From assembly GCF_009914755.1 (NCBI RefSeq), contig NC_060932.1: a DNA stretch of 64,000 nt; one strand, 5' to 3'. This document shows, one piece after another, positions 1 to 12,665 of this stretch. This DNA comes from the human T2T-CHM13v2.0 reference genome, Homo sapiens. A program made the position numbers and the translations under genes. Below the pieces are notes generated by a model. It was not told the DNA's origin and did no database searches. It saw only the letters and a list, made by a program, of their open reading frames with translations. Within the stretch, counting starts at the first letter, position 1. Each line of letters opens with the position of its first letter.

Positions 1-482
1 CTTGGTACCATACCTAAATAATAATGTGCACAAATCTTTTAATTGATTGTATTCAGAATTTATTAAAAGCACCACTTATTGGATAGTTTATTAAATGCAT
101 GCAAGTATCTGTATATGATTTCTTCAGCATATGTGTGTTTAAGGCAACATGAGAGAGAGCCAGAGACAGGAAAGCTGTCCATTTTAAAATCAAATTGGTG
201 TATATCTCCTGCTTATTCAACATGTTTTGGTCTTGGAATTGTTTCTCTAATAATGTACTGGCAAGTCAGACGTTAAATTATTTAAGGTTTCTAAACACTG
301 ATTTGGTGGAAGTGCTAACAATCCTTGTGAACAAAGATAAGCTTCAGAAAAACTGAACAGCACTAAAAAAAAGTATCTACTTTGGAAAATAATGATCCTT
401 TGTAATTGATTTTGGTTTTAGATATAAAGTTTACATTGGTAATTCTAATGTCTGTTTACCAGTTTAATTTTAAAAAGTACTT

Positions 483-1077
483 GGCTGGGTGCAGTGACTC
501 ACACCTATAGTCCCAGCACTTTAGGGAATCTGGAGCAAGAGGATCACTTGAGCCTAAGGATTCCAGACCAGCCTGGGCAACAAAGTGTGAAACCCCATCT
601 CTACAAAAAAAATTTAAAAATAAACCTTGCATGGTGGTGCGTGCGTGCCTGTTGTCCCAGATATTCAAGGCTGAGGCAGGAGGATCACTCGAGCCTGGGA
701 GGTGGAGGGTGCATTCAGCCATGATTGTGCCACTGCACTCCAGCCTGAGCAACAGAGCAAAACCCTGTCTCAAAAAAACACAAGGAAAAAAAAAGTACTT
801 AGCCAGGTGCAGTGGCTCATGCCTGTAATCTCAGCAGTTTGAGAGGCTGAGGTGGATCACTTGAGGTCAGGAGTTAGAGACCAGCCTGGCCAACATGATG
901 AAACCCCATCTCCACTAAAAATACAAAAATTAGCTGTGTGTGGTGGTGTGTGCCTGTGGTCCCAGCTACTCAGGAGGCTGAGGCAGGAGAATCGTTTGAT
1001 GCAGTGAGCCAAGATTGTGCCACTGCACTCCAGCCTGGGTGATAGAGTGAGACTCCATCTCCAAAAAAAAAAAAAAA
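483..1077 (+). mobile_element. Two tandem Alus (AluJ-like 483-794; AluS-like 801-1077)
   Basis: Alu consensus with A tails; AAAAAGTACTT repeated at 472, 790 and 1073. Confidence 0.92.
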
Positions 1078-2099
1078 GTACTTATCACAGAGACATAACC
1101 ATAAACTTAAGTTCTAATAGTACTGAAAGTTATTTTAAATAGAAATCTTTTACAAACATCACAATAGTGTCTTTTATAGAATGCCTAGACAAAACCCAGT
1201 TCTCTAATTATTTTCCTTATAGGAAATCTAGAAAAAACCTTCAGTAGAATGGTACTAGTATGACAAATTCAATATTATAGTCTCAGAAGTTCTTTCATTT
1301 TTAAAGGATAAAAAAAAAACCAAAAGAAAGTCAACATGGAGTCAGTGAAAAAATTCTACACCAGAAGCAAAGAGGTGCACTAGATCTACATGAAGAAAAG
1401 CACACCACTGAGAATTACTTACAATAAGAAAATGAAAAAAATCCAGAAAAATACTGTGCTCTCAGGGACATACAAAAAATTAAGAACTCAGGGTGGGGGA
1501 AAAAACAGTATTAAAGAGGACTGGGACTAAAAAAAAAAAGACTATAAGTTAAATAAAAACACAATAGAAATTTAAAATCCAAATTATAAGCAGTAAGGAA
1601 ATCAGTGATGGAAGGGCCTAACTTAAGAAGCTATGCAAAAGAAAAAAGTTAGAAAGGATGTGTGAGATGACAGCAATGAGAACAAGAAAGGAGAGCCAAC
1701 CAATGAAAAATTCCTGGAGAAAAAAACAAGAGCAAAACAAAAGGCACCAACTTAATATTTTCCTCAGCTAAAAAAAAAAAAAAAAAAAAAAAGATTTCCA
1801 CATCTAAAGGACCTGTTATCTTTTAGATAAAATTATTGGATTTAAAAAATCAGTAGCTATAACCCTAAACTTTGAAATATTTTAATCATTTTACATCTAC
1901 AATGCAACAGATGGCTGTATTTGCTATGGAAAAGGCACATTTATCCAGTCAGGATGGTGTAAATCTGGTATTTTACTGCGTACCTTGATTATTTTGTATT
2001 TGGGTTTGGACATTAACTTGCTGAGGGCAGAAACAAGAACCTGAACTCATGCCTTAAGATAAAAATTGCATTCTTTTTATACACCTACTACATTTGAAA

Positions 2100-2350
2100 C
2101 TATGCAGTGGCTCAATCATGGCTCACTGAAGCCTCAATCTCCCAGGCCCATGAGATGCTTCCACCTCAGCCTTCCAAGTAGCTGGGACCACAGGTGTGTG
2201 CTAGCACGCCCAACTAATTTTAAAGTTTTTTGTAGAGATGAGCTCTCCCTATGTTGTCCAGGCTGGTCTTGAACTCCTGAGCTCAACAGATCCTCCAGTC
2301 TCGGCCTCCCAAAGTGTTGGGATTACAGGCATGAGCCACTTCGCCCAGCC
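2100..2350 (-). mobile_element. AluJ-like element
   Basis: Reverse-complement Alu consensus. Confidence 0.85.
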
Positions 2351-2459
2351 CACCCAAGCATTTTTATGGGCTCTGAAATGTACTACGTAAAAAGGACACG
2401 CTTTATTGGTTTAGAAAGTTAAGTATACATTATTATTATGATCAGCAGTAGGATAGCTA

Positions 2460-4135
2460 TTTTATTTCCACCAGTCATTGATTAAAACAATCCAAGTGTA
2501 GTAGGTATTAATCAGTAGCTTAAGCTGGAAATAAAAATTTACTATGGGAACGACTACAGTGCTTTCAAATAACCGACATATGAAAAATTTACAGCTAACC
2601 TCTTCCAAAGAGCTGTCCATACTGCAGTCTCCAGTGCTCTTCCTCCTGTTGTCTCTTGAAACCACACCAATCAGGTTTTCTTCCTCACTATTCTCCTGAA
2701 AGTGCTCTTGCAAGGTCACCAAGGACCTTCCTATTACTAAATCCAATGGTCATCTCCTAGTCTTCATCTTACTTGACTTGTCAATCAGCAGGAGGAGACA
2801 CAGTTGGTCACTTTCTCCCTGAAAAACTCTTTACTTGGCCTTCAGTACTCCATACTCGCTTCTTTTTCCTCCTACCTTCAAAAGCCTCTCCTTTGTAATT
2901 ATTCATCTCTCCAATATCTGAATGTGGAAAGCCCTAGAGCTCAATTCTCATTTCCTTACACTAGATCTCATAGGCTCATGGCTTTAAATACTACCCTTCT
3001 GTGCAGGGGTAGCCAATCTTTTGGCTTTCCTGGGCCACAGTGGAATAACTGTCTTGGGGCACACATATAACGATAGCTGATGAGCTTAAAAAAAAAATAC
3101 AATCAATCTCATAATGTTTTAAGTAAGTTTACAAATTTGGGTTGCACAAGCTTGCATTAGTGACTTCCCAAATTTCTATTTCCAGTTGGACCTTTCTCTT
3201 CAACTCCCGTCTCTATAACCCCACTTGAACAGGCATCTCAAACCTGACTAAAACTGGCTCCACCTACCTTCACACTCAGTCTTCTCCATCTCAGTACACT
3301 GTTTAACTAAAGCCTTCCAATAGCTCAGGCCAAAGGCCACAGGGTCGTGCTTCACCCTTTCTCTCATAAGCACATCCAAACCATAAGCAAATCCTATCAG
3401 CAATACTCAGAATACGACGGCTTCTTACTGCCTCTCTTACTACCCACCTGGTCTAAGCCACCATTCTCTCTGGCTTCAATTACTGCATCAACCTAACAGG
3501 TCTCCCTGCTTCCATCCTTGCCCTTACAGTCAACCTGAACACAGCAGCCAGAGTGATCCTTTAAAAACCTTAAGCCAGATCCCCTCATTCCTCTGCTCAA
3601 AACCCTCCAAACACCTCCCTTCTCACTCAGAGTAAAAGCAAAAGTCCTTACCTGGGCCCATTAGCTCTCTGACCTTGTCTCACCCTCCTTCCCTCCAGGT
3701 GCTCAAATCTACTGGCCTCCTTGCTGTTCCTCTCTTGCTGTCCCTCTAACAAGACTGAAGGGTTCTGGGCTTTTGCCCTTGCTTGGTATGCTCTTTCCCT
3801 AGACAGCTGCATGGCGGTCCCCAACGCCTTCAGTTTTGCTTGAGTCTTTTCCATGGCACCAGTCCTTATTTTAAAACTGCACCTGTTCCTTCCTTGGTGC
3901 TTCCTATCCCCCTTTGCTACTTTATTTTTATTCCTAGTAACTGTTACCATCTGACTCCAGATACGTTAACTTTCACAAATCCCGCTTATCGTCCCCAACC
4001 CCACCTTCCTCCAGTGACATGTTAGCTCCTGGAAGACAAGGACTTCATTTTGTTCACTCTCACATCCCCCAGTGCTTAGAACAGAGCCTGGCCATAGAAG
4101 GCACTCAATATACGCTTGCTATATGAATGCCGAAT
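2460..4135 (+). mobile_element. L2 LINE remnant, interrupted by a MER30
   Basis: Pyrimidine-rich L2 3' motifs (cagcagccagagtgatcctttaaaa; gcctggccatagaaggcactcaata...tgaatg). Confidence 0.7.
3004..3154 (+). mobile_element. MER30-like hAT MITE, internally deleted
   Basis: Termini caggggtagccaatcttttggc and caagcttg. Confidence 0.75.
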
Positions 4136-4744
4136 ATGCAAATTCTTAAATCTATAATAGGTAAGGCTAAGAAGTTTGGGACTATAAAGCCCAACTTATT
4201 TCCACAATGGGAAATACAATTTCCCTTTTGATAAAGAACTGTGAGAATCCTTTGTTTTCCATAGTAACACAATTTATATAACATGCCAAAAATTCCTTAT
4301 CACTTCACATCCTCTCTCCAGTGCCTTTCCTGTATTCTGTAAAATATTAACTTACTATCATCAAAAAATCTTTGATTTCCCTCTGGTACTGCTACCATAA
4401 TAATGCAAAGGCAAAGTGAACTCACTAAAAAATGGTATGGAAACATAAATAATGAAGAAATGTAATAAAGTGTGTTAACAACCAAACAAATTCATCTCTA
4501 TTTCAAATCAAATTGTACTGGCACAGTGAGAACCCCAGTCCAAGTTTAACTTTATTATCACTATAGTCCTTAATGAGCTAACAGTTTTCTTACTAAACTC
4601 CTTTTAAACTAAAAAGGAGTTCATGTAGGACTCCTGCATATAACCATGAAAACTAAGCCTGAGAGAAATCAGTTCAGGCTACAAATCTAATTGATAAAAC
4701 TCTTAGACAGCGCTACATGTTTGGCTAGATAACAGACGCAGGGA

Positions 4745-4950
4745 TACTGAAGTAAGGGAGATGAGACCAAATCTCGCTCAGCCTTTGCTAGCTTTCTGAC
4801 CTTGGAGAAGTCAGACTCTCGGTGCCTCAGTTTCCTTATCTGTATAATGGAAATGGTACCTGATAGGGTTGCTTCAAGGATTAAAAGTACCAGGTATTTA
4901 AAGCAATGGCACCGTGTCTGACATAAAATAAGCACTGAAAATAGCTATTA
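4745..4950 (+). mobile_element. MIR SINE
   Basis: MIR core (gcctcagtttccttatctgtataatgg). Confidence 0.7.
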
Positions 4951-5740
4951 CTAGAACATAAAAATAATCCCCACACCACTCATATTACAGCTCTTTAAGA
5001 GGCTCCTAGGTACCACCGTCATTTTTTAAAGATTGAGAAGCGCTACTATTCAATGGCATATTTTTACCTTATTATGTTCTGTAGCTAATTCCGAATACCG
5101 TGGAACGTTACAAAAAACAGATGTTATTTTCTTGAGGTACTGTTGGGAAAACCTCAGAGAGAACGATCTGCTTTTTAGCACTGCAAGCCAATTAAGGGAG
5201 GAAGTTTGCGATTACCCGAGCCCTAAGTGGAAGGTGTGCAAATCCTTCCTTTTAACCCGGGCACCCCGGAGCCATGTGCCATTCTGGAGAGCTCACTCAC
5301 ACCCCAACAGCTTGTCCCGGCGCCTGAACTGTGCGCTCCTGCAAGCACACGCCGCGAAAGCACCGTCTCGCCCCGGCCGAGCAGCTGGACCTGCGGCGTG
5401 GCTTCCGCGCTCCACCCCCCGATTAACCGCGAGCCAGGGCTGCCCGCGCTGCCCAGGGGTTCCCCGGACCACAGCCCTAACCCGCAAGCGCAAACGAGAA
5501 CCCTCGCAGGCCTCTGCCCGGCCCTCGTGAACACACAGACCGCGAAGAAGCCATCACGGACCCGCGGTCGCTTCCTCGGCCCGGCTCCCTCCAGTCGCCG
5601 CGGAAGGTGTGGGAAGCCCGGGCACCCTCGCCCCTCAGGGCCCCGGCCAGGCCTACTGGACCTCCAGTGCTACAGGGACGGTGCAGGAGATATCAAGTGG
5701 CTCTAGCCCAGGCGCTGCCCACAGGCCCCGGGCCAAGTAC

Positions 5741-5830
5741 CTGCGACTCGAACGAGCAGCAGCGACAGCGGCAGCTTCAAGGAGGCGGTGACGGGCGGAG
5801 GGGAGGGGCCAGACAGGGGTAGTCGGAGTC
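5741..5830 (-). other. ANKRD46: Non-coding first exon of a minus-strand gene, likely ANKRD46 (TSS approximate); positions 1-5740 would be its intron 1
   Basis: Minus-strand donor CGCAG|gtactt at 5741/5740 within the CpG island. Gene name inferred from recalled human 8q22 order (ANKRD46 lies directly downstream of SNX31 on the same strand); no coding sequence in the window confirms it. Confidence 0.6.
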
Positions 5831-5869
5831 CCCGCTGGGCCAGAGCGGTCTCGCGCTGCAGCCCCCGGC

Positions 5870-5883
5870 GCGCCCCCTGCAGG
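5870..5883 (-). promoter_or_regulatory. Candidate CTCF site
   Basis: Minus strand CCTGCAGGGGGCGC matches the core CCASYAGRKGGCRS at 13 of 14 positions. Confidence 0.55.
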
Positions 5884-6263
5884 TGGGCGGTCCTCACGGT
5901 GGCTCGGGCTGCTCTGAGTCAGAGACTCCGGGAAAGCCTGCTCTGAATTAGGGAAAGCATCAAAACTGTGGCTTCAGAAGAGAAAGACAGCCTAGAAGAG
6001 GTTTATCCGATCTGAGTCCGGGAGCATTTTGCACTTTTCACGTCCTATTCTAAATTCACATCCCATCCCCTTAGCTAAATGGGGGCTTCAAAGGCAAGGG
6101 CAGTTTCATTAGGTGCTATAAGCATCAATTAATAGTTGCTGGCCTCTAGGTAGGTCTTCTATAGACCCGAAATTGACATATTAGGAATAGCCACTAATGA
6201 TTGGCTGCACTATTTCTAAAATATAACCCTGCATTTTTACTTTTTTCAAAAGCAGTTTGAATC

Positions 6264-6381
6264 TTTTTTTTTTTTTTTTTTTTTTTAGACGGAGTCTCAC
6301 TCTGTCGCCCAGGCTGGAGTGCAGTTGCTCAACCTCGGCTCACTGCAAACTCCAACTCCGCCTTCCGGGTTCAAGCGATTC
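6264..6381 (-). mobile_element. 5'-truncated Alu (right-arm end) with intact target-site duplication
   Basis: Poly(T) plus Alu 3' end; GCAGTTTGAATC at 6252-6263 and 6382-6393. Confidence 0.9.
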
Positions 6382-6620
6382 GCAGTTTGAATCCTTCCAT
6401 CCTACTTTGTAGGGTTCCTTGACTTATTGCAACATGTACAGCCAAGACTAACTAAAAGTGTGGTGGGACATTCATATGCTGGAAACATTCTTTCATGCAA
6501 AACTAGTTTTTTCTTTTTTTCATTTTACCAACTCCAGTCCTACAGCCAAGACAACTCTCACTGCACAGTGACCGTCCTCTGAATTCTAGCACCCTCATCC
6601 AACCAAGCCACGCTCTATGG

Positions 6621-6851
6621 CAAACTTGTCCAACCCCTGGCCCACACCTGCAGGCTGCATGCAGCCAAGACAGTTTAGAATGCAGCCCAACACAAATTAA
6701 TAAACTCTCTTAAAACATTATGAGTTTTTTTTTTTTTTGCAATTTTTTTTTAGCTCATCAACAATTGCTGGTGTTAGTGTATTTTATGTGTGGCCCAAGA
6801 CAATTCTTCTTCCAATGTGGCCCAGGGAAGCCAAAAGATTGGACACCCCTG
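6621..6851 (-). mobile_element. MER30 hAT MITE, near full length
   Basis: MER30 termini; 8-bp TSD ctctatgg / ctctaggg. Confidence 0.85.
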
Positions 6852-6998
6852 CTCTAGGGTATCTCATGGTTCATTCATTCAAGGACCACCTACACCATCT
6901 AATAATTTGTTCTTGAAAGTGTCATGTAAAGGTTTAGGACTATTGTCATATTAGAGGAAATCACTATTACATTTCTTTCATGTAAGAATTATAAGATC

Positions 6999-7292
6999 TG
7001 GCCATGCACGGTGGCTCACACCTGTAATCCCAGCACTTTGGGATGCTGGGGTGGACAGATCACTTGAGGTCAGGAGTTCGAGACCAGCCGGACCAACATG
7101 GTGAAACCTTGGCTCTACAAAAATACAAAAATTAGCCAGGCACGGTGTTGCACACCTGTAATCCCAGCTACTCAGGAGGCTGAGGCACAAGAATCCTTGA
7201 ACCCCAAAAGGCGGAGGTCACAATGAGCCGAGATCTCACCACTGCACTCCAGCCTGGGTGACAGAACAAGACTCCATCTCAAAAAAAAAAAA
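6999..7292 (+). mobile_element. AluS element
   Basis: Alu consensus; TSD ttataagatct. Confidence 0.9.
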
Positions 7293-7731
7293 GTTATAAG
7301 ATCTTAGGGCATTTCACATTTTATTGTGCTATGACTAATCAGCAATATTACTTGTTAAATTGATGACATTTATTAATCAGTTTGTTATTGATGTCCTCCT
7401 TCTGGTTGTGTATTGAGTTTATAATATCTTCACTGATGCCTATAAACTATGACAAATTAGCAAGGAAATTAAAGCTTTTCCCAATGTATTAATAAGATTT
7501 ACTCTTCATTAGTTGACTCATCCAACAATCTGAGAGCCTCTCCATTACTTCTATTCAAATTTATCTCTTCCTCTTCATGAATTACTGCTTTTGATTGATA
7601 TGAAAAAATGTAGGGATGGTGAAGGCAGCTTTTTTCTCTGATGAGATTAAAGTGAACTGCATGCTGCACATATTCTATGGCTCCTTCATGTTACCACACC
7701 TGGGCACTTTGACACAGTGGCTGTTAGGAGC

Positions 7732-8097
7732 TGATATGGTTTGGCTGTGTCCCTGCCCAAAATCTCATCTTGAATTATAATAATACCCATATGTCAAGGG
7801 CAGGACCAGGTGAAGATAATTGAATCATGGGGGCAGTTTCCCCTATGCTGTTCTCATGAGAGCGCGTGAGTTCTCATGAGATCTGATGGTTTTATAAGGG
7901 GCTTCTCCTTTTGCTCAGCACTCATTCTGTCTCCTACCACCCTGTCAAGAAGTGCCTTCTGCCATGATTGTAAGTTTCCTAAGGCTGCCCCAGCCATGCA
8001 GAATTGTGATTCAACTGTGAGTCAATCACACGTCTTTTCTTATAAATTACTCAGTCTTAGGTGTTTCTTCATAGCAGTGTGAGAATGGACTAATACA
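7732..8097 (+). mobile_element. THE1/MST-family MaLR solo LTR (THE1D-like)
   Basis: TGATATGGTTTGGC...GGACTAATACA termini; 5-bp TSD GGAGC at 7727-7731 and 8098-8102. Confidence 0.88.
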
Positions 8098-8415
8098 GGA
8101 GCATTTGCAGAAGCCATTCCTACTCTCCAGCAATAAGTTAATAGTGCATGGAAGTGACCACGAACCACATGAACGTCTCCCATTAAATGCAAACCAAAGT
8201 ACCCCCAGCTGCATTTCTGTTTAGCTGGATCCCAAAAATGCCTGTAGTCACTCCAATGTTAGCCAGTAGAAGAATACTCCGGAAGTCTCAGTGGAAAGAG
8301 AGAAATCTTAATCAATTGTAGGTAAAGTATTTTAATTTTGCAAGCTTTACAAAAACATATAACCATATCAGCACTGCTTCCTAGGGCCTTGGAAGGGGCC
8401 TGAACAAGGGAGGGC

Positions 8416-8918
8416 TATATATTGGTTTCCTATTGTCATTGTAACAAATTACCCTAAATTTAATACTTTAAAACAAGGATTATTTTACAGTTCAAGAGGT
8501 GAGAAGTCCAAAATCAGTTTCGCTGAGCTAAAATCAAAGTGCGGGAAGTGCTTTCCTTCTGGAGATTCTCAGGGGAGTTGGTTGCCATGCCTTCTCCAGC
8601 TCCTAGAGGCCACCTACGTCCCTGGCTCATGGCTCCTTTTTCCATCCTCAAAGCTAGCAGTGTAGAGCATTTTTACACCCCTCTGACTTCTGCTTCTGTC
8701 CTTGCATTTCCTCTGTGACTCTCCTGTCTCCTTATAAGGACCCTTGTGATTATATTGGGCACACTTGGATAATCCAGAATAATCTCCCTATCTCAAGATC
8801 TTTCACTTAATCACATTTGCAAAGTTCTTTTTACCATGCAAAGCAACATATTCATAGATTCTGGGGATTAGGATTAGGATGTGGACATCTTTGAGGATCT
8901 GTTATCCAGCCTACCACA
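8416..8918 (-). mobile_element. MLT1C/D-like MaLR solo LTR
   Basis: MLT1 motifs (gtaacaaattacc; ctcttataaggacccttgtgatta-like; cagcctaccaca); TSD agggc / agagc. Confidence 0.8.
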
Positions 8919-9406
8919 AGAGCCCTGAAGCTTAAACTTTACACTCTTCAGGTAAGTCTGCCTCTTCTTCCTCATTACTAAAATCTGTCTGGTCCTGAGT
9001 TTTGATCGTGAGAGTGCCAATGGCGGAGGAATACCTGTAATTACAACCGAGATAAGTGTCATGAAGCGAAAGAGAAAGGATTCCTTGAGGGCAAACAATA
9101 TGGGAGCTAATTTAGATAGAAGGGCAACAATGTCTTTGAATAAGTGATATTTAATCTAAGATGCAAAGCATGAGGAATTAATTATGTAATGAACAAGGGA
9201 AGTATTCTAGACAGAGGAGACGGTATGTTTGGCCTGTGAATCCTGATGGCAGAAAGCTATCACCTTCTGTGGCAGTGTCTCTACCACTGAATCCTTAGCA
9301 CCACCACGGTGACTGGCACATCAGACATGTTTGGGAATATTAGCTTAGTAGTTTTCAACCTGGCAGCATGTTACAATCATGCAGCAGCTTAAAAAATAAC
9401 AGTGCC

Positions 9407-9700
9407 AGCCGGGCGCGGCATCTCACGCCTGTAATCCCAGCACTTTGTGAGGCCGAGGCGGGTGGATCATGAGATCAGGAGTTCAAGACCAGCCTGGCCA
9501 AGATGGTGAAACCCCATCCCTACTAAAGATACGAACATTAGCCGGGCGTGGTGGTGGGTGCCTGTAATCCCAGCTACTTGGGAGGCTGAGGCATAGACTT
9601 GCTTGAACTTGGGAGCCAGAGGTTGCCATGAGCCAAGATCGTGCCACTGCCCTCCAGCCTGGGCCACAGAGCAAGACTCTGTCTAAAAAAAAAAAAAAAA
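9407..9700 (+). mobile_element. AluS inserted in a MER5-like element (about 9345-9825)
   Basis: Alu consensus; MER5 motifs on both sides (tctaatgtgcagccaggattgag). Confidence 0.85.
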
Positions 9701-11529
9701 CAGGGCCTGGGCCCTAGCCAAGATCAAGTTAGAATCATCTGGAAGCACGGCCCAGGCATCTGCATTTTTAAAAGCTGCTCAGGGAACTCTAATGTGCAGC
9801 CAGGATTGAGTTGAGAATCGCTGTATTAGATACAATTGAGTGAATGAATGAATAAGTGAAAGGAAATATTTGCTTTGGGTAGGCTTTTCATTTAGAAAGT
9901 TTTCTTATTAGGGATAAGAAGGGTTTTGACTATATTCGTTATATAAATTCCTATCCAGTCTTAAAAAATGCAGACAGACTTTCAAAAATATTATACTTGA
10001 ATGCTCATCAGAAGAGACTGAAAGTGATCTAGCAACTATCCCAATGTAACTAGCTGTCTCTGTAGAAAGGCGATATGGTCAGAATGGGGAGGTGTTTGAA
10101 AAAAATACACCGCACCTACGAAGTAAGTGTTTTGAGCTCTGCTTTCCTGTTCCAGGGTGCATTTGGTTTCTGTAGTACTGACGAATGACCATGAGAGGGA
10201 GACATGCTCCTGACAGGTGTTGCTTCCGTGGGTCTCCCATCTCTCAAGCCCGGCTAGCACGAATCAGGTGTTTTCCACAACACTGTGGGTTCTCAGGCAT
10301 AACAATGGAATGAGTAAGTACAGGAGATGAGACAAGTAGCACATATTTATCTACACCAAAGTTAGGGTCATTTCCGTTCCCCAACAATTTTAAACATTTA
10401 AACAACCAGAAAAAAAAAAAAATGAAGTGTTTTGTGTGCCGGACATATTTGCGAAACTATTAGAGAAAAAATTTGAAGCCAGGAGAATAATATTTTCCTA
10501 GAGCAACTGGCACAACTAAAAAATATTCAAGAAAAACTTTCAGAAAGGGATCTCTTTTCTTAATTGCAAAGTAAAATCTTAGATGTCCTTGGGTTTCTGA
10601 AGTTACTAAGATAACAGTTGGACTCTTGGAAAGAAAAAAAACGATCTCAGCTCCTTGCCATAACATCCATTTGTCATTTCTCTTTCCACTTACCTACACA
10701 TGCCAGAACCACACAGATTGTCACACACACACACAAGGCAAAATATGATGGAATGTACATTTAGGCAAGTTACCTAACATATGTCCTATACACCTTCTAG
10801 CCCTGCTGCCTTGGGAATTAAGTTTCCAACACATGCTTTTTGAGGAACATATTCAAATCATAGCAACTGGTTTGATAAATTTGCTTAGAAGCAGGCAAGG
10901 AAAAGTAACAGAAGATAACACCAGAAAAGCTCATGGCCCAGGCTCATCTTACCTTTCCTCCAGTTCCTTTCTGGCCCTGGTTTCCTAATTTTGTAATAGT
11001 TCAACTCCTTTGAGACCAGGATAGTTCATGGCTTGTTAAGTCTGGGCAAAGGTAAAGTTAAGGGTTCGTGCAGGTCCCAAAAGTCTTTGGGATATCCATT
11101 CAGTTCAGATAATGAGGAGAGTTGAGGATTCCAGCAATCTGTGTTGTTAAAAGGTTCACTTCAACCCTAGAATGGAACTTAGCTTACCCCAGGGACTTAA
11201 ACTGAACTGAAATCTTAGGCTTAGAGGGATCTTAACTTTTACATTAGCCCAAAACAAACTCCTGGCAATCATTCAAACAGAAGCAAAGCACATCTCCTTC
11301 TCAGTCTTGAAACATATGCCAGGAACTATATTAGACTTTGCCTCAATTCTGCTCTCCTCCTCTCAAAACACTGATCCTGCGGTTTCATTTCCACCTTTAC
11401 AAAATTGTGATGCCAATGTCAGGGTAAAGCCTGAGGCTATCCTATTCCGACTTTTGAGGATATAGTCATACTCTGACAACTATTTTCTGCAAATACAACT
11501 GAATGAACATATCTTTTGGACACACACTC

Positions 11530-11908
11530 CTGCCTTATTCCATTCAGGCTGCTATAATAAAATACCACAGACTGGATCACTCAAAAAGAATAGAAATCTA
11601 TTTCTCACAGCTCTGGAGGCTGAAAAGTCCAAGATCAAGGCATCAGCAGATTCTGTGTCTGGTGAAGTCTTCTCTCTGCTTCCAAGGTAGCGCCTTCTTC
11701 CTGTGTCCTCATGTGGCAAAAGCTGAAAGGGCAAAATGCACTAGGGTGTTCCCATCAACCTCCTTTATAAGAGCACTCATCCATTCATGAGGGAGGGCCC
11801 TCTTAACTTAGTCATTTTCCCAAAGGCCCTACCTTTTAGTACCATCACTTTGGGGTTTAAGCTCCAACATATGAATTTTGGAGGGACACATACATTAAAA
11901 CTATAGCA
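11530..11908 (-). mobile_element. MLT1A/MST-type MaLR LTR
   Basis: ggctgctataataaaataccacagactgg...aagtccaagatcaagg...aaactatagca. Confidence 0.8.
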
Positions 11909-12008
11909 ACTCATGACCAGCAAGAAAGGAAACTTTTGACATTTTTATAAGAAAAACAAATAGGTGGATAAGTAATACAAATTGCTCTTAGCCTATGATT
12001 TATTTTAA

Positions 12009-12665
<657 letters not shown>

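Larger units (their letters stand above)
5200..5950. promoter_or_regulatory. CpG island promoter (probably ANKRD46; possibly bidirectional)
   Basis: Abrupt GC- and CpG-rich block in an AT-rich background; GC boxes GGGCGG at about 5794 and 5885; AP-1-type TGAGTCA at about 5915. Confidence 0.9.
7680..8965 (-). mobile_element. MER115/Zaphod-like hAT-Tip100 DNA transposon remnant hosting the two LTRs above
   Basis: Flanks rejoin as gggccttggaaggggcc...agggc|cctgaagcttaaacttta...gtaagtctgcctct, resembling the recalled MER115 end. Confidence 0.55.

Noticed and set aside
5033-5897. Overlapping 60-165 aa ORFs on both strands
   Set aside because: Expected stop-codon scarcity in a CpG island; Pro/Arg/Ala-rich with no recognisable domain.
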